Source: Octopus sinensis (lineage: Eukaryota). From it: DNA of 64,000 nt. The DNA lies in assembly GCF_006345805.1 (NCBI RefSeq), contig NC_043016.1, forward strand, positions 15,562,001 through 15,626,000, given 5' to 3'. The position numbers were made by a program, and so were the translations under genes. Positions 25,205-39,465 of the stretch are shown piece after piece; within the stretch, counting starts at the first letter, position 1, and each line of letters starts with the position of its first letter. The notes beneath the pieces were generated by a model. It did not search any database. It saw only the letters and a list, made by a program, of their open reading frames with translations, and had not been told where the DNA came from.

Positions 25205-27090
25205 ATAACTTCTTTTACATTAGGAAGCAATTAACTGATCAACATTTATTGAAGTTAACTTTCTGTGAAACGATTTACAAAGTTAACTTTTCGATTTATG
25301 GTGCCCACATTTGGATATATATATATTTACATTTACATTATGTAAGTGTAAATATGTAGTTTACAGTACTGCAAATTAAAGTCTTATTCACATTATCTAT
25401 ATTATTGTTTATTTCTGGATGGTGAACATTTGTGAGCCCCTTTTGTGAAGTATCTTTTCCACAACATGTCTCCTTGACAAAGCTGCAGTCTTGGACACCT
25501 GGCTCCAAGAGAGTCATCAGGTACTGGCAACCCCTCTACCACTCAGGCAATGAGATAAGTGGTGGGGAAGTGCAATAAGAGGCATCAGATGATGTGTGCA
25601 AGAGGTAAGACTGTGCTGGTTTGGTCATGTGATGCCAAGCTCTAATTGTGGAGAGTACCTATGGAAGGGGTAAACCCACGAAGACATGGGGTGGAGTGGT
25701 GAGAAAGGATCTTTGGATGCTGGGCTTCACTGACAAAATGAGAAGCAACCAGTAAAATCTCTGTCATCCATACATAAAGCCTTGTCCTTTACAGATGCTG
25801 GTACCATAAAATACACCCGTGCCGGTGCTGTATAAATGCGTCCATGCCAGTGGTTGGTGTTGGGAAGAGCATCCAGCCATAGAAACCATGCTACAACTGA
25901 CAATTGGACCCTGGAGTGTTCCCCAGCTTGACCAGTTCCATGTCAAACCATCCAACTCATGCCAGCATGGAAAACAGGCGTTAAATGATGATGAAAATGG
26001 GAATGTAAGATTTGAAATGATCATATGAAGAATAGGAGAGCAAGTGATAACCCACTGTCCCCATCCCTTATATTTTGTGTTTATTATATGCCAGACATTG
26101 GTAGTTTCTTGTGTAAACACAATCGTCATGCCAGGTTGTTTTTTTGTTTGTTTTTGTAGAAGGTGGTTGCATTTATTGTTGCAGTGATGGAACCTTCACA
26201 AGTTATTTCTTAATTTAAATGAGCCATCTACAACTAGCCAGAAACAACTATTTTCACTAATTCATTATCTAAATCAGAAGTTCGTCATTATTTTTTACTT
26301 AATGATCCTTTCACTTTTATTTTACCCTACTGGACCTCCATAGCCATTTGATGTTTACTAAAAAATATCCCACAATTTTTTTTTTATTAGGAATTGTATA
26401 TAAAAAGAATTAAAATATTTTGTATACTGTAAAAGTATAACCGATTTATTGTACATAAATTTCAATAGCAAAATCTGTTATGGACCCCTACTAAGGGCCA
26501 TGTGGGCTCTAGTTGAGAACCACTGATCTAAATTATACCTCAGTACAACTCATCATGAAACCTGATAGAAATGACAGGAAAGGCATCCCACCAAGGGAAA
26601 TCTTTCTAAATAAACCAATTGATATACACTCATGAATTGTATATCACATACAACCCACCCCCTTTTTTTTTTCTTCCACTTGTTTAAAACAATAATGGTC
26701 TTTTGAATATTTTCAGTCTTTCTTAACCATTTTTTTCATTTTCTAAACAAAACACACATTGACATTTTTGTTTTCTTTCTCAAACTCAACGGCAAATATA
26801 AATTCCTCAAGAAATATTTTGCATATTCTGCGTCTGAATGCAGCTAGCAGAATCATCAACATGCCAGGTAAAATGCTTAGTGGCATTTCTTCTGGCTCTT
26901 TATGTTCAAATTCTGCCAATGTTGTCTTTGCCTTTCATCCTTTCAGGATCGATAAAATAAGTACCAGTCATGTACTGGGGTTGATGTAAATCCTCCTCAT
27001 CTGAAACTACTGTTCTTGTGCCAAAATTTAAAATCAATGTCATTCAGTGTGTCACCACTCATATTATTGTTATTTATTTATTTATTTCAG

Positions 27091-27268
27091 GTGCCTGTGG
27101 CCTTACCCATAATTTTGTTCTTTGTGAGTCTGATAATTGTAGCATTAACATTTTATGAAAAACCATATGAGAGCCTTTTCGCCACTGGAGTTGTTGCTGT
27201 TGGTTGTCTCATATATTTATTCTGTGTGAGATGGAAGAATAAACCTTTGAAAATGAGGACTATATTAT
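27091..27268 (+). CDS. SLC7 LAT-type transporter, penultimate coding exon (TM11-TM12)
   Basis: Acceptor tttatttcag, donor gtaagt. 178 bp, VPVALPIILFFVSLIIVALTFYEKPYESLFATGVVAVGCLIYLFCVRWKNKPLKMRTIL, with the conserved WKNKP. Confidence 0.95.
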
Positions 27269-27507
27269 GTAAGTATTTATAAACAGGATTTTATTACATA
27301 TTACACAAATTCATTCAATATTTCAACATTAACCCTTTAGTGTTTAAACTAGCCCCCATATCTAGGGCCCAAATATTCTACCAGATTCATGTTCAAACTG
27401 GCCACTGACTTCTCATATACACCCTGTAATGAATGATTAATTTAAAACTATGTCAATGCTAATGAGTTTGCAAGGCCTTATAGTAAAGCATGTATTAATT
27501 TAATTAG

Positions 27508-27617
<110 letters not shown>

Positions 27618-28081
27618 GTATCAATAAGCTGCTATGGGACTTTACTGTGTCCAGATTTTGTGGAATGCAATCATTAGTTCATGCATGCAATGCATGTATA
27701 TAGGTGGCCCTTGACTTTTTGTATTCAAAAGGGTTTTTACAAACCAATATTTACATGCTGTTCTTTATAGCTGTGTGTGATGTGCTTCCAAGAACCATTA
27801 TTCCATAACAGAATTATTTCATGTTCTCTCAATAGTTTATAAAATTCATATGATATTAAGAATAAGTACGTGTGCATACACACATATATCCATCTCTCTC
27901 TACATATAATATATATATATATATATATATCGGTGTACGTGCGTGTACATAAGGAAGTGTGGTTACTAAATACCATTATAAAGCATGAAAGCTATTTCCC
28001 TCCAGATCATTGCATGTATTTCCACATATTTTAAATATTGAAGTTTTATGACGTTGCTTTTTATTTTTCTGTTTGTTTCAG

Positions 28082-28158
28082 ATAAAATCACATGTGTTTT
28101 GCAGAAGACACTAGATGTAGTTGAGGTTGATGTTGATGAGGAATTGAATTGGGATTAG
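28082..28158 (+). CDS. SLC7 LAT-type transporter, last coding exon
   Basis: Acceptor tttgtttcag. Phase matches the preceding exon; (Y)KITCVLQKTLDVVEVDVDEELNWD-stop (TAG 28156-28158), containing the QKxxxVV C-terminal motif of heteromeric light chains. Confidence 0.9.
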
Positions 28159-28635
28159 AAATGTGAAAGTATCATCAGAATTGAAAGACCTCAATGCACC
28201 AGATCAGAAAATAAGAAGAGCACTTTCTGACTGTTATCTTTGGATCCTGTATAGGTTCTGTCTCTAGTCATTTAGTGGTTACCACATATAACTATATATA
28301 TATACATACATATATATACATATATATATATATATAGCATGTATGATTATGATCAAAGACTTTATAGGAAGCTATATATTTCTTGAGATATTACTTTTCA
28401 CAAATATTTTGTGCCTCTCACGAAAGCTGGAATGTTTGATTCATTAAAATTTACCTGTTTTTCTAAATTCTTCTGTGTTATTATTTTTTTAATTATACAG
28501 TTGAGGCCTTGCATAATAGCATTTTTCTATAATATTTTTATAACGTGGACACATGTGCATATGCACACACACACACATTTTGAGTGAGTTTAGCCATCAA
28601 CCAAAACTGAAAGCATGAAATAACACAAAATTAAC

Positions 28636-28692
<57 letters not shown>

Positions 28693-28734
28693 TATGTGTG
28701 TGTACATGTATCATCAGCATTTAACTTCTGTTTT

Positions 28735-29500
28735 CCAGACTGTCATGGATTGGATGGCATGACAGAAACTGGCAAGACAGAGGCTGCACCAGGCACCATG
28801 ATCTGTTGTGGCATGGTGTCTACAGGTGGATGCCCTTCCTAATGCCAACCACTTTATAGAGTGTACTGGGTGCCTTATGTGGCACCTTGGTTTTAGGATC
28901 TCAATTCTGTTGTGGTGGTAGGTCTTCTCAATGTGCCACATATCTTGGTCTTCTGTAATCTCCTTTGTACAGCATTTTGAGACCATCCTTCACTACTTTT
29001 CCCTGTGTCTTCCAGGGACCCCTTTCCCACAATTTCCCTCCAATTTAAGTGATCAGCACTTCTTTATGCAAATGTCCTCATCCATCTGCATCACATGACA
29101 AAACCAGTGCAGTCCCCCCTCCCTTGCACATTGCATCTAATTCCTCATATGTCCAACTCCTCTCTCGATACACCAATGCTCTGTTGCACATCCAGCAGAG
29201 CATACCAGCTTTATTCCTCTCCAGTCTTTGCAGGTCTTCTGCATTCAGGGTCCACACATCACTACCATGCAGTATTACAGTTCATACACATGCATCATAC
29301 AATTTTCCCTCCATTTGGAAAGAGAGACCTTTGGTTGACAACAGAGTAAAAGCTCTCTCAACTCACTCCATCCTATTCTTATTCTAAGAATTACACTTTC
29401 TGTGCAGCCTCCTCCACTGCTAATTAGGTGTGAGTGTTGAATTGTTGGTAAATAATCAGAGAACAACCTGGGATTAAAAAGATTCTTGGCAACAGCATCC
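28735..29500 (-). mobile_element. RTE LINE 3' fragment, same family as 9790-11600
   Basis: IRIGWSELRELLLC..KVSLSK remnant plus the shared 3' UTR (ggatgcccttcctaatgccaaccact). Other 3' UTR-only copies at about 4340-4640, 17480-17740, 25770-25995, 32120-32342, 32780-33220, 35330-35785 and 36405-36645. Confidence 0.8.
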
Positions 29501-30895
29501 TTTCTAGTGCTGGTGCTACAATAGAACTTGCTCACTACACTCTCTGAAGTGATGTTTTGTGATGGAGCCTCAAGCTGGAACATTCAAGAACTGCTCTGAT
29601 TCATCGAGTTATACAGAAACTCTGAACAAGAAAGAACTGGCTCAATCTGTGAAAACATGTCCAGCCATGTCGGGAATATTACCTTGCTTAGAAACGTGTG
29701 AGAACCAGCCACGTAGTGTAACTGGCTATAGAAAATCTTTCTCAAACTCCATCCAACCCATGTGAGCAGTGGACAATGAGAATGATGACGTATATATGTA
29801 TGTATGTGTAATTTATTGTTTCATTACAGTATGATCAACAATGAATGTACTCCATCTAGTGAGAGATAGATATCATTTAATGTACACAGTAGCTCTTATC
29901 TTTATATTGTGTACATTAATGATATATGTACATGTGTATCTATATATGTGCGTATGTGTATCTCTCTTTCTCTCTATATATATATATTTTTTACATACGT
30001 ATGTATCTTTCTCTCACACACATCAATCTTTGTTGATTCACCAAGGAATATTAAATTACAGGACTCCGTATGTAAGTGTTAATTATTCTTTAATGGCTCT
30101 AGATTGACAGTTTTATGTTTTCCTGCCCTCTCCACTGCTAATCTGACCCTGTTGCTTCTTAAATTATCTAATGTTTGAATATATATGTTAAAATATTATT
30201 ATACAAATGCCATTGAAAAATGTTTATTTCTATATTTTTTTTTAATGTCATCTAATTAATATAGCTGTTTCAAGCTTGCATCTTCCATTTCATTTCTGGT
30301 ATTCATGGGAATATGAAAATATTCCAAATCTATTTGCTGTTTAAACATTTTCTTTTTTTAAACCACTCACTTTGACACAAATGCTTTTTACTAAAGCAAT
30401 CTGAAAAGGAGGCTGAAACATATATAACGATGCTAACAATTCGTTTTTTTTTTTCTTTCTGAGTGCTAAAGGATTAGCACCACAATTTTTATTTGTACTT
30501 TGTCTGCAATCAGCCAAATAATTTAAAATTCATTAAAGACTTGTCTCATGTAAGCACTCTTCAAATTTCAAGAAAACCATAGCACATTTTTCATCAGGGC
30601 TGACAAATAAATATGAATTTTTATAATACTAATTTTTGGTTTCCCCAATAAATACTTGTGGTTCATTGCTGTTGTTTGTTTCTATTTAATATCTTACTAT
30701 ACTTATGTCTTGGAGGAAAATGGTAATCTATCAAATTAAGGAATTCCCTATTTAGAATTGTTCTTACTGCTAAATTAGATATTGAGTTGTACCATGGAAT
30801 ATTCCTATTCATGTACTTGTTTACTCTCAGTGTCTGATCTTATTGGTGAACCCATTATTTCTGAGTGTTTCCCTAGAACTTTACATTGTTATACC

Positions 30896-30935
<40 letters not shown>

Positions 30936-31044
30936 AAAAGTCTAATATTTTAGACCAGATTTTATTTTAAATTTCAGAGGTTAACATTTATACATGTAAT
31001 ACTTTTGAAGGGTTGAAATCTAAGGTACAAATTAAAGACCTGTA

Positions 31045-31900
31045 GGAAAGACTTCCGCCCATCTCCCTCACCCATTTTCTCGCAAATTTTTTTTTAATAC
31101 TTTAAACCCACATTTTCGGATACAGAGATTTGGGAAAATTGCCAAAAATCAGAATTTTAACATTTTTTGGCCCCACCCTTACTCCTTCCCCACCCCAATT
31201 CTTTATTTTTCACTTTTCCATAAACCTAAACCTAAAACCCTAACCCTAAAACGCTAGCCCTAAAACCCTAACCCTTAAACCCTGACCCTAAAAACCATAC
31301 CCTAGCCCTAAAAACCATACCCTAACCCTAAAACCCTAATCTTAAAACCTTAACCCTAAAATTCTGATCCTGAAACCCCAATCTTAAAACCCTATTTAAA
31401 AACCTAAACCTAACCTAAAATAAACTAACCTAACCCTAATCTTAAAACCCTAAACCTAAAACCCTAACCCTAAAACCCTAACCCTAAAACCCTAACCCTA
31501 ATCTTAAAACCTTGAACCTAAAACCCTAACACTAATCTTAAAACCCTAAACCTAAAGCCCTAAAACCCTAACCCTAGACCCTAGACCCTAACCCTAAAAC
31601 CCTAACCCTAATCTTAAAACCCTAAAGGTCTAACCCTAACCCTAAGTCAAAAAATTTTTGGAAATATTTTTTAGAATCATAATCTCTGTATTTTTCTGCA
31701 TATTTTTTTTTTTTAAATTGTGATGAAAGTTGAAAATGAAGAATTTGGTGGTGGTGGTGGTGGGGGGTAATTTTAAAATGCCAATTTTTTTGCAGAGTTG
31801 TATTTTCCATAGCCAAATACAGGAGTTTGTGTAGAAGAAAAAAGAATTAAGTAAAAAAAAATAGGAGTGTTTTTATGGGAGTACAAAAGGAAGTCTTGCC
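31045..31900. mobile_element. Non-autonomous Mutator-like (MULE) element, 856 bp
   Basis: 9-bp direct repeat agacctgta at 31036-31044 and 31901-31909. TIRs ggaaagacttcc / ggaagtcttgcc match at 11 of 12. No ORF. Confidence 0.8.
31221..31645. repeat. Interstitial telomere-like array inside the MULE
   Basis: Mix of CCCTAA, CCCTAAAA and TCTTAAAA units over 425 bp. Confidence 0.92.
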
Positions 31901-33634
31901 AGACCTGTATCGATAGGAAAACACAACTGATTTCCCAAATGAATATCGGGAGAAACAAAATACTAACTGAATTATTATGGAAAGACATCTTGCGTGGACA
32001 TCAAAACTGAAATCCTACTAAGTGAATATTACCCTGTTTTACTTGCTGTTTTACTTGTATTCACTACTCTATATCGGTGAAGAGGATCGTTCACTACTCT
32101 ATATCGGTGAAGAGGATCGGCCTGCAAGAGTCATGTACCACATAAAAAGCACTCATACCAGTTCCACGTAAAAGCACCCTGCAGACTCTGTAAAGTGGTT
32201 GTTGGCATTAGGAAGGGCATCCAGTCATAGAAACCATGCCGAATCAGATTGGAGCCTGGTACAGCGATCCAGCTTGGTAGCTCTGGTCAAACTGTCCAAC
32301 CCATACCAACATGGAAAACGGACGTTACAGGATGATGATGAAGGTTAAAAGTACTGGAATAAAAGAAAATAGTAAGTTTTAATTGTGCATATGAAACTGA
32401 AAAGAAATATAGTTTGTTATTAAATTGCAAATACAAGGCAAAATGCTTAAACCTCCCAAACACAAAAGCTCACCAAAATCATGCAAAGTCTCATTGGTCA
32501 TCATTACTATTCATAATCATCAGCAAGAATGACATCATATGGATTCTCTCCATCTTTGCTGTCTGTAAATAAAGATTGTACATCATTCACTGCTTCTTCA
32601 GTCATCATTAACTCAACATGTATTTATCTTCTCTTACCAGCCATTGTATTTTAAATGCCACACTTGTTGAATAATCTGATGATAATTTCATTATTTCTTT
32701 CTTACTATGAATTAACAATCTATTTACATCAAAATCACAAGACTTCCTTTTGTACTCCCACAAAAATACCAGTCAAAATGGAAATTGTGGTTGTGGCCGA
32801 TGCCAGTGCTGCCTGACTGGCTCCCATGCTGATGGCACGTAATAAGATCTGTTCAAGCATGGGTCGATGCCAGTGCCGCCTGACTGGCTTCCCGTGCCGG
32901 TGGCATGTAAAAAGCAGCATCCAAACGTGGTCGATACCAATCCTCCCCACCCTGACTGGCTCCTGTGCCGGTAACAGATAAAAAGCACCATCCGAACATG
33001 GCCAATGCCAGTGCCGGCTGACTGGCTTCCATGCCAGTGGCACATAAAATGCACCCACTATACTCTCGAAGTGGTTGACATAAGGAAGGGCATCCAGCTG
33101 TAGAAACCTTGCCAGATCAGATTGGAGTCTGGTGCAGCCATCTGGTTCGCCAGTCCTCAGTCAAACAATCCAACCCATGCCAGCATGGAAAACAGACATT
33201 AAACGATGATGATGATGATTACAGACCAGCTGTAATTAGTGAACCCTACAGGACCCCTCACATCCTGCCTCCTCTTATGAATGATTTTTCTCCTTTTCAC
33301 ATCCAGTTACTCTATCTTTATTAATTGATGCCAACAGCAAATAGTTGCAGAACATCTATAAATTCATTGACAATTACTATTGTGTCACTGTTTTATGACC
33401 AGGCATTATCAACAACACTCTTCATTAGTTGTGACTTAAGCAGTCAAACAACCACTTTCTTTTCATCAGACTGCAAATTTCAAACTTTTCTCATCCATTG
33501 CATCTTCTAAACCTTTCATTTGTACATTTATAACTAATGCTTTTTGGCACAATTTTGATCTTAAAAACACTTTGTAAAGTGGTTGCGGTATAGAAGCAAA
33601 TTGTTGACACACAGTAGACTCTCTGTATTCAATA

Positions 33635-35297
33635 CAGGGTGATCAGATGAAATGTAGACATATTTATTCAAATAACATTTTGATACAAAATGATAATTGT
33701 GCTTAAATAAAGCCCAGAAAATACAGATTAATTTTCAGTATATCCACCCTTGGCAGAGACTACCTGCTAGAGTCTCTTTACTCTTACTCTTTTTACTTGT
33801 TTCAGTCATTTGACTGCGGCCATGCTGGAGCACCGCCTTTAGTCGATCAAATCGACCCTGAAACTTATTCTTTGTAAGCCCAGTACTTATTCTATCGGTC
33901 TCTTTTGCCGAACCGCTAACTGGCGAGGACGTAGACACACCAGCATCGGTTGTCAAGCAATGCTAGAGGGACAAACACAGACACACAAACACACACACAT
34001 ATATATATATACATATATACGACAGGCTTCTTTCAGTTTCCGTCTACCAAATCCACTCACAAGGCATTGGTCGGCCCGGGGCTATAGCAGAAGACACTTG
34101 CCCAAGATGCCACGCAGTGGGACTGAACCCGCAACCATGTGGTTGGTTAGCAAGCTACTTACCACACAGCCACTCCTGCGCCTGGGAAATTGTCTGGGAA
34201 CAATTTGAGAGCAAATGAAACAAACAGTTTCTCTGGAGATTTTGTCCCAGCGTTTTCACAAAAAGGGCTCAAGAGCTCTGAGACTCATGTTAGAATTAGC
34301 ACAGGCTTTGCTCCCAAGGACAGACCATATGCCAAAATCCCTCGGATTTAAGTCAGGTGAAGAGTGGGGGCCAGAACTCTTTTGACCAGAATGTCTTGAA
34401 ATGTCTCTCAACATCAGTCTTGGACGTTTTTAGCTGTATGAGATGTTGTGCCATCTTGTTGGAGAGTTACACCTTTGTCTCCCTTTGTTGCAATAGCCCA
34501 AGAGATACTTTATCCTTTAACATGTCCAAATAAACATGTTGGTTGACTTTTACACCATCTTCAATGAAGATTAGAGGGGTTTTCATGCCATTTGAGGCCA
34601 CACACTCCCACACCATTATGGATGCAGGTTTCTGCCACTGAAAGAATAATCTTCGTTCAACAGGAATGTCCTCTTTATTTACTGCACAATCATTTTGTGG
34701 ATTGTATGACTTTTCATCTGTGTACAATATTGGTGGCTGTGTGCCATCTCTCAGTTTTTGCAGAAGAAGCTTGGATCTTTGCAGTCATTTTTTTTTTTTG
34801 TGACTTCAGACAAAAGATGTGCTTTTGATATCTTGTATGGGAATAATTGAAGATTATTTTTCAACAAATTATGCATAGTTCCATAGCTGGTTCCAGCTTC
34901 TGAAGCAAGTTTTCTGATGCTTCATTTTGGGTTACGCCTGATCTTTTCTTTGGTATTTTTTATGAGTTTTTGAGATCTCACTTGTCAAGTTGGAGTAGTT
35001 CTCACACTTGGTAAGCCAGAACTGGTCTCTTTTATTCATTTGATTACTCTATAGACTCCTAATCTGCTGACAGTGGGTTTCAAAAATCTTGAAACTTTCT
35101 CTAGGAGTTTTCCCTTCCTTGAATAGTCCTTCAATTGCTTTACTTATTCCACTCATCCTAGTTTAAATAATAGCTTCAAGTATATTAAATTTCAAGTATA
35201 AATTGGATTGAACTCTACCTTAAATTCCTGAAATAAGAAAAGTAATGTTAATTAAATTTCAGTAAAATAAATATTTGCACTTGAGTGGATCACCCTG
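33635..35297 (-). mobile_element. Degenerate maT/DD37D-like Tc1-mariner element
   Basis: TA-flanked ends cagggtgatc / gatcaccctg. Minus-strand remnants TDEK.YNPQND, KPASIMVW..VASNG, QQDG and WP.SSPDLNP.DF.IW. Confidence 0.82.
33781..34183 (-). mobile_element. Full-length tRNA/CORE-like SINE inserted in the maT element
   Basis: Minus strand: A box tggctgtgtggtaag, B box ggttcagtccc, ccttgggcaagtgtcttc-like core, internal (TA/TG)n, 3' (aagagt)-type tail. Confidence 0.88.
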
Positions 35298-38200
35298 TAT
35301 ATATATCGAAATCAAATTCAATGACTGGCATCCATGCTTGTGAAGTGCTAAGAGTACTATACGAGCAAGATCGTTGCCAGAGCAACAAGCTGGCTTCCGT
35401 GCCGATGGCATGTAAAAGAAACACTATTCAAGCTCGATCATTACCTATGTTGCCTTACTGGCACTTGTGCTGGTGGCACGTGAAAAAACATTCGAGCGAG
35501 GTCGTTACCAGTGCTGCTGGACTGGCTCCTGTGCAGGTGGCACAGAAAAAGCACTATTTAAGCGTGGCCGTTGCCAGTACCGCCTGACTGGCCCTCGTAC
35601 CGGTGGCACATAAAAGCACCCACTATAGTCTTGGAGTGGTTAGCATTAGGATGGGCATCCAGCTGTAGAAATTCTGCCAGATCAGATTGGAGTCTGGTGC
35701 AGCCATCTGGTTTGCCAGACCTCAGTCAAATCGTCCAACCCATGCTAGCATGGAAAGCAGACATTAAATGATGATGATGATGATATATATATATATATAT
35801 ATATCCTCAATTCTAGTATATACCACAATTCTTCTTAATAAATATATGCATAAATGCAAATTTGTTTGTATGTACAAATATATATGCAAATATCATCATC
35901 ATCATCATCATTATCTAAGCTAGCATGGGTTGGACAGTTTGACAGAATTTGAGAAGTCTAAGGACTATCCCATGTAACAATTTCTTCGCTGGCATGATTT
36001 CAACAGCTGAATGCCATCCCTTACCAAAGTGTCCTCGATGTCCATTTTTCTTATTTTCTTTTTTTTTTGTTCTTGGTATCAGCACTAATGATGATTGCCT
36101 CTTAACCTGAAAGGTTAAGAGCCCAAAGTAATCCCTTAGACAGGAGGTAAGTAAAAAAGAGTGTGGACAATGATTATTGGTGAAGAGATGAAGAATGGTA
36201 AGTGGAGAGGATGGAGGAATGTGGAAGGTAACAGACTAGAGAGAAAAAAATTTGTGAAAGGACTTACTGAGAAAAAGGGTGGATCGTTTAATCAGGATAA
36301 CATTATCCAATTTTTGTTTCGCATAGCTGTATCTTAGTGCTCACTCCTTTATAAGTTTCAGAGATGTGCATTACCTTTCTCACCACCTTATATAGGTTAC
36401 TATCATCATCATCATCGTCATCGTCATCATCGTTTAACATCTGCTTTCCATGCTGGCATGTGTTGGATGGTTTGACTGAGGATTGGCAAGCCAGAAGGCT
36501 GCACCAGGCTCTAATCTGATCTGCTAAGCTGGATGCCCTTCTTAATGCCAACCACTCCAAAAGTGTAGTGGGTGCTTTTTATGTGCCACCAGCACAAGAG
36601 CCAGTCAGGCGGCACTGGCAACAACCATGCTTGAATGGTGCTTTTCAACTGACATATGGTGTTGTGCGTATCCATATGATAAAGCATATTATATGAGCAC
36701 TTTTAATAAATGAATAAGAATGATAAAATGTTTTATTAGAGCATTAAATATGCAAGTCTTTATTCAACATCAAACATTAACAATAAACATGAGGAGGTTA
36801 TTAAAACAATATTTCTCTCAGCAAATTTTCCTACAGCAAAATTACCTAAAACCGGATTTGTGAAATAGACCGTGAAATTCTTTTTACAGTTCACTTGTCA
36901 AAAAAGTAAGTAGGTCTTCCAGATATTTGATCTGACAAATCTATCTTTTCATGACTTAAAATTGAGATCATTTTCTTGAGGTATTTTCTTAAATCTGTTT
37001 AACTATTTCACTACAGATATTACTCTATCTAACAATTTGTTTATTTTCCCATGTGCTACCCTTAACAATTCTATTAATTTTCTCAAACTACTCTGCTCTA
37101 AATTTTGTTAATGTGTATTGCATCTGCATCTTATTTTGAATATTTTCAAACTTTTTTCTTGGTTCCTTTGATCAGCCTGACCCTGACTTTTCCTGTGTAA
37201 ACATAACAAGAGGAAGTACTGAATAAGCTCAAGCCATTCACAAGATTAGCCCATTTATGACAGATTATTCATCACTTTTACAAGCTCTACCATTTGAATG
37301 TTTAACATTTTCTCACATTGTAACAAGTTCACCATCCACTATGGATGTTCTGTAATGTGAAAACACTTTTCCCATACACTTTAGGTTGTCTCTCCTATCT
37401 CAGATTCAGTGTAATTTCTACATAATCTTTGAGGAACTTTACACAGTATACATATTTCTCTTGCTCTTATGTTAGTTGCTTAATTGAACAATCTTGTTTT
37501 ATAAGATATTTCTTTGAAAAGAAATAAAACTGCCAAGGATGTAGATCAACAACCAAAATGGCCAATGCACATCGTATGAACTACTCCAAAACTAAGCAGA
37601 CACAACGCAGGTTGAGGTGTTTACTTTGTAACAAGGTAAACTCTGGATTTGATCCTACTTTTACTGTAGTTTGGGATAACCAATGCCTTTGTGGAATTCG
37701 GTACAAATCCAACATGTTCATCTAAAGCTGTCATCGTCTGTGAAATAAGATCTTCCCCTAAATATTTTCCAAAGAAATCAGTTTTGATTTCTTCTAATTT
37801 TTAATCTCTTCTTTTACCTTTGTCAGTCACTCAAGATTGCCAACAAATTTTTGTCTTCTTTTTCCTGGAAAAAAGAAAAAAATTCAATTCATTAGCAAAT
37901 TGTTTTCTCATTTAGTACATATCTCGCTACTTGATTTATTTACAAGATCATCATCATCAGCAGCAGCATCATTTATCCTCCACTCTCCTCCATGTCTACT
38001 TTGGCTTTGTTTTTCTACAGCTAGATCCTTTTCTTAATGCCAACAAGATGTCTTCTTTTGCTTAAACTTGTATCTCAAAAGAAGTTTTGCTCGAATATTC
38101 TGCAATAGAGCCCAATAAATCACTGTATGTCTGAGAATGTAATATTGTTATTCAAAAGCTAACAGGAGTAATAAACGCAGAATACTTTTATTTATTCAAT

Positions 38201-39422
38201 GATAACAACCAATTGTAAATTAAATACTAATTGTAATTTACAAAACCAGGGAATAATGTTGTGGCAGACTCAAACCCAAGTTGTCCAAGTTACGGACTTC
38301 AAGCCATGGCTCTTTCACGTGTATGGTTGAGTTGTCAGCCAATCAGCAGCTGACATTCACTCGAAAGCTTCCTCAGACAACACAGACCCAGTACTGTAGC
38401 AGCTCGGGTATTTTAAGCACTTAAAACTATTAAACACCCTGTCAAACAGCCTCAGAGATCTGCTAAACCTTTTATCTGAGATGCCAGACGAACCTGCATT
38501 GCAATAGAAAACTCAAAGAATGGTAGTTCTATGCAAGTCACTACTTCACAAGAAAAAGTTCCTGACAGAGCGCCAAGAAGTGAGAAAGAAAAATACAATT
38601 ACACTAAAAGTGCTGCCCCACCATGGCCACAGCCTCTGGCTGAAACCAGTGAAGGTGGAAAAAGAAAGAAAAAAAAGAAACTAGGTGAAATTATCAAGAT
38701 ATTGCCTCTGAATAAATCTGGTATACCTTTTTGTCCCGGAAATATAAATAGTATCGAAGATGAAAGAAGACTTATAAAATGTAAAAGGAATAAAGATAAA
38801 ACTTAAAGAGTAAATGAAAAATGGATTTATGGAAAAGCATTATCAAGGGAAATAATTCTGTCAAGGGAAATAATTCTCCCTTGGCTAATTGCTCGTTTTG
38901 GTAAAATATTTAAGACGTTGATGTGGTGCCAGAATCATTAAAACGTTGAACAAAATGCTCTGCGGTTTCGCATTCCGTGTCTTCGTTCAAACCCATCATA
39001 GTCTCCCAGCCAAGTACTGAGGGAAATTTAATCGACTAAGTCTTAACTTCAAATTTCTACCATGGATTTTCCCCCATTGACTTCCTTCTGTTACATGAAC
39101 AATAATTTACATGGAAACAATGAGGAAGTTCGCGTTGCGGAATTCTACCTTACGGGGAGGATGCACGCCTCTCTCTTTCTCCCTGTTAATATATATTCAC
39201 ATTCATTCATGCACATATGTGTGTGTTTGTAAAATGCCCATTAAAAGAGTTTGGCACATAATCACTATTTTATAACCTCATGTTTTAAGAGTCTTCTTGG
39301 TTTTGAAGATCACAGAATATTCTAAAATAAAATTTTAAAAGGCACATATTATAAAATTGTTTATTTATATATAAAACTAATTACATAATATACTTTCCAG
39401 GTGTAATTATTAAATACGAGTG

Positions 39423-39465
<43 letters not shown>

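Noticed and set aside
30600-30655. SLC7 polyadenylation signal (AATAAA at 30606 and 30647)
   Set aside because: The hexamer is common in this AT-rich DNA and cannot be assigned without transcripts.
31221-31645. True telomere or chromosome-fusion scar
   Set aside because: One orientation only, degenerate, and enclosed by TIRs and a 9-bp TSD.
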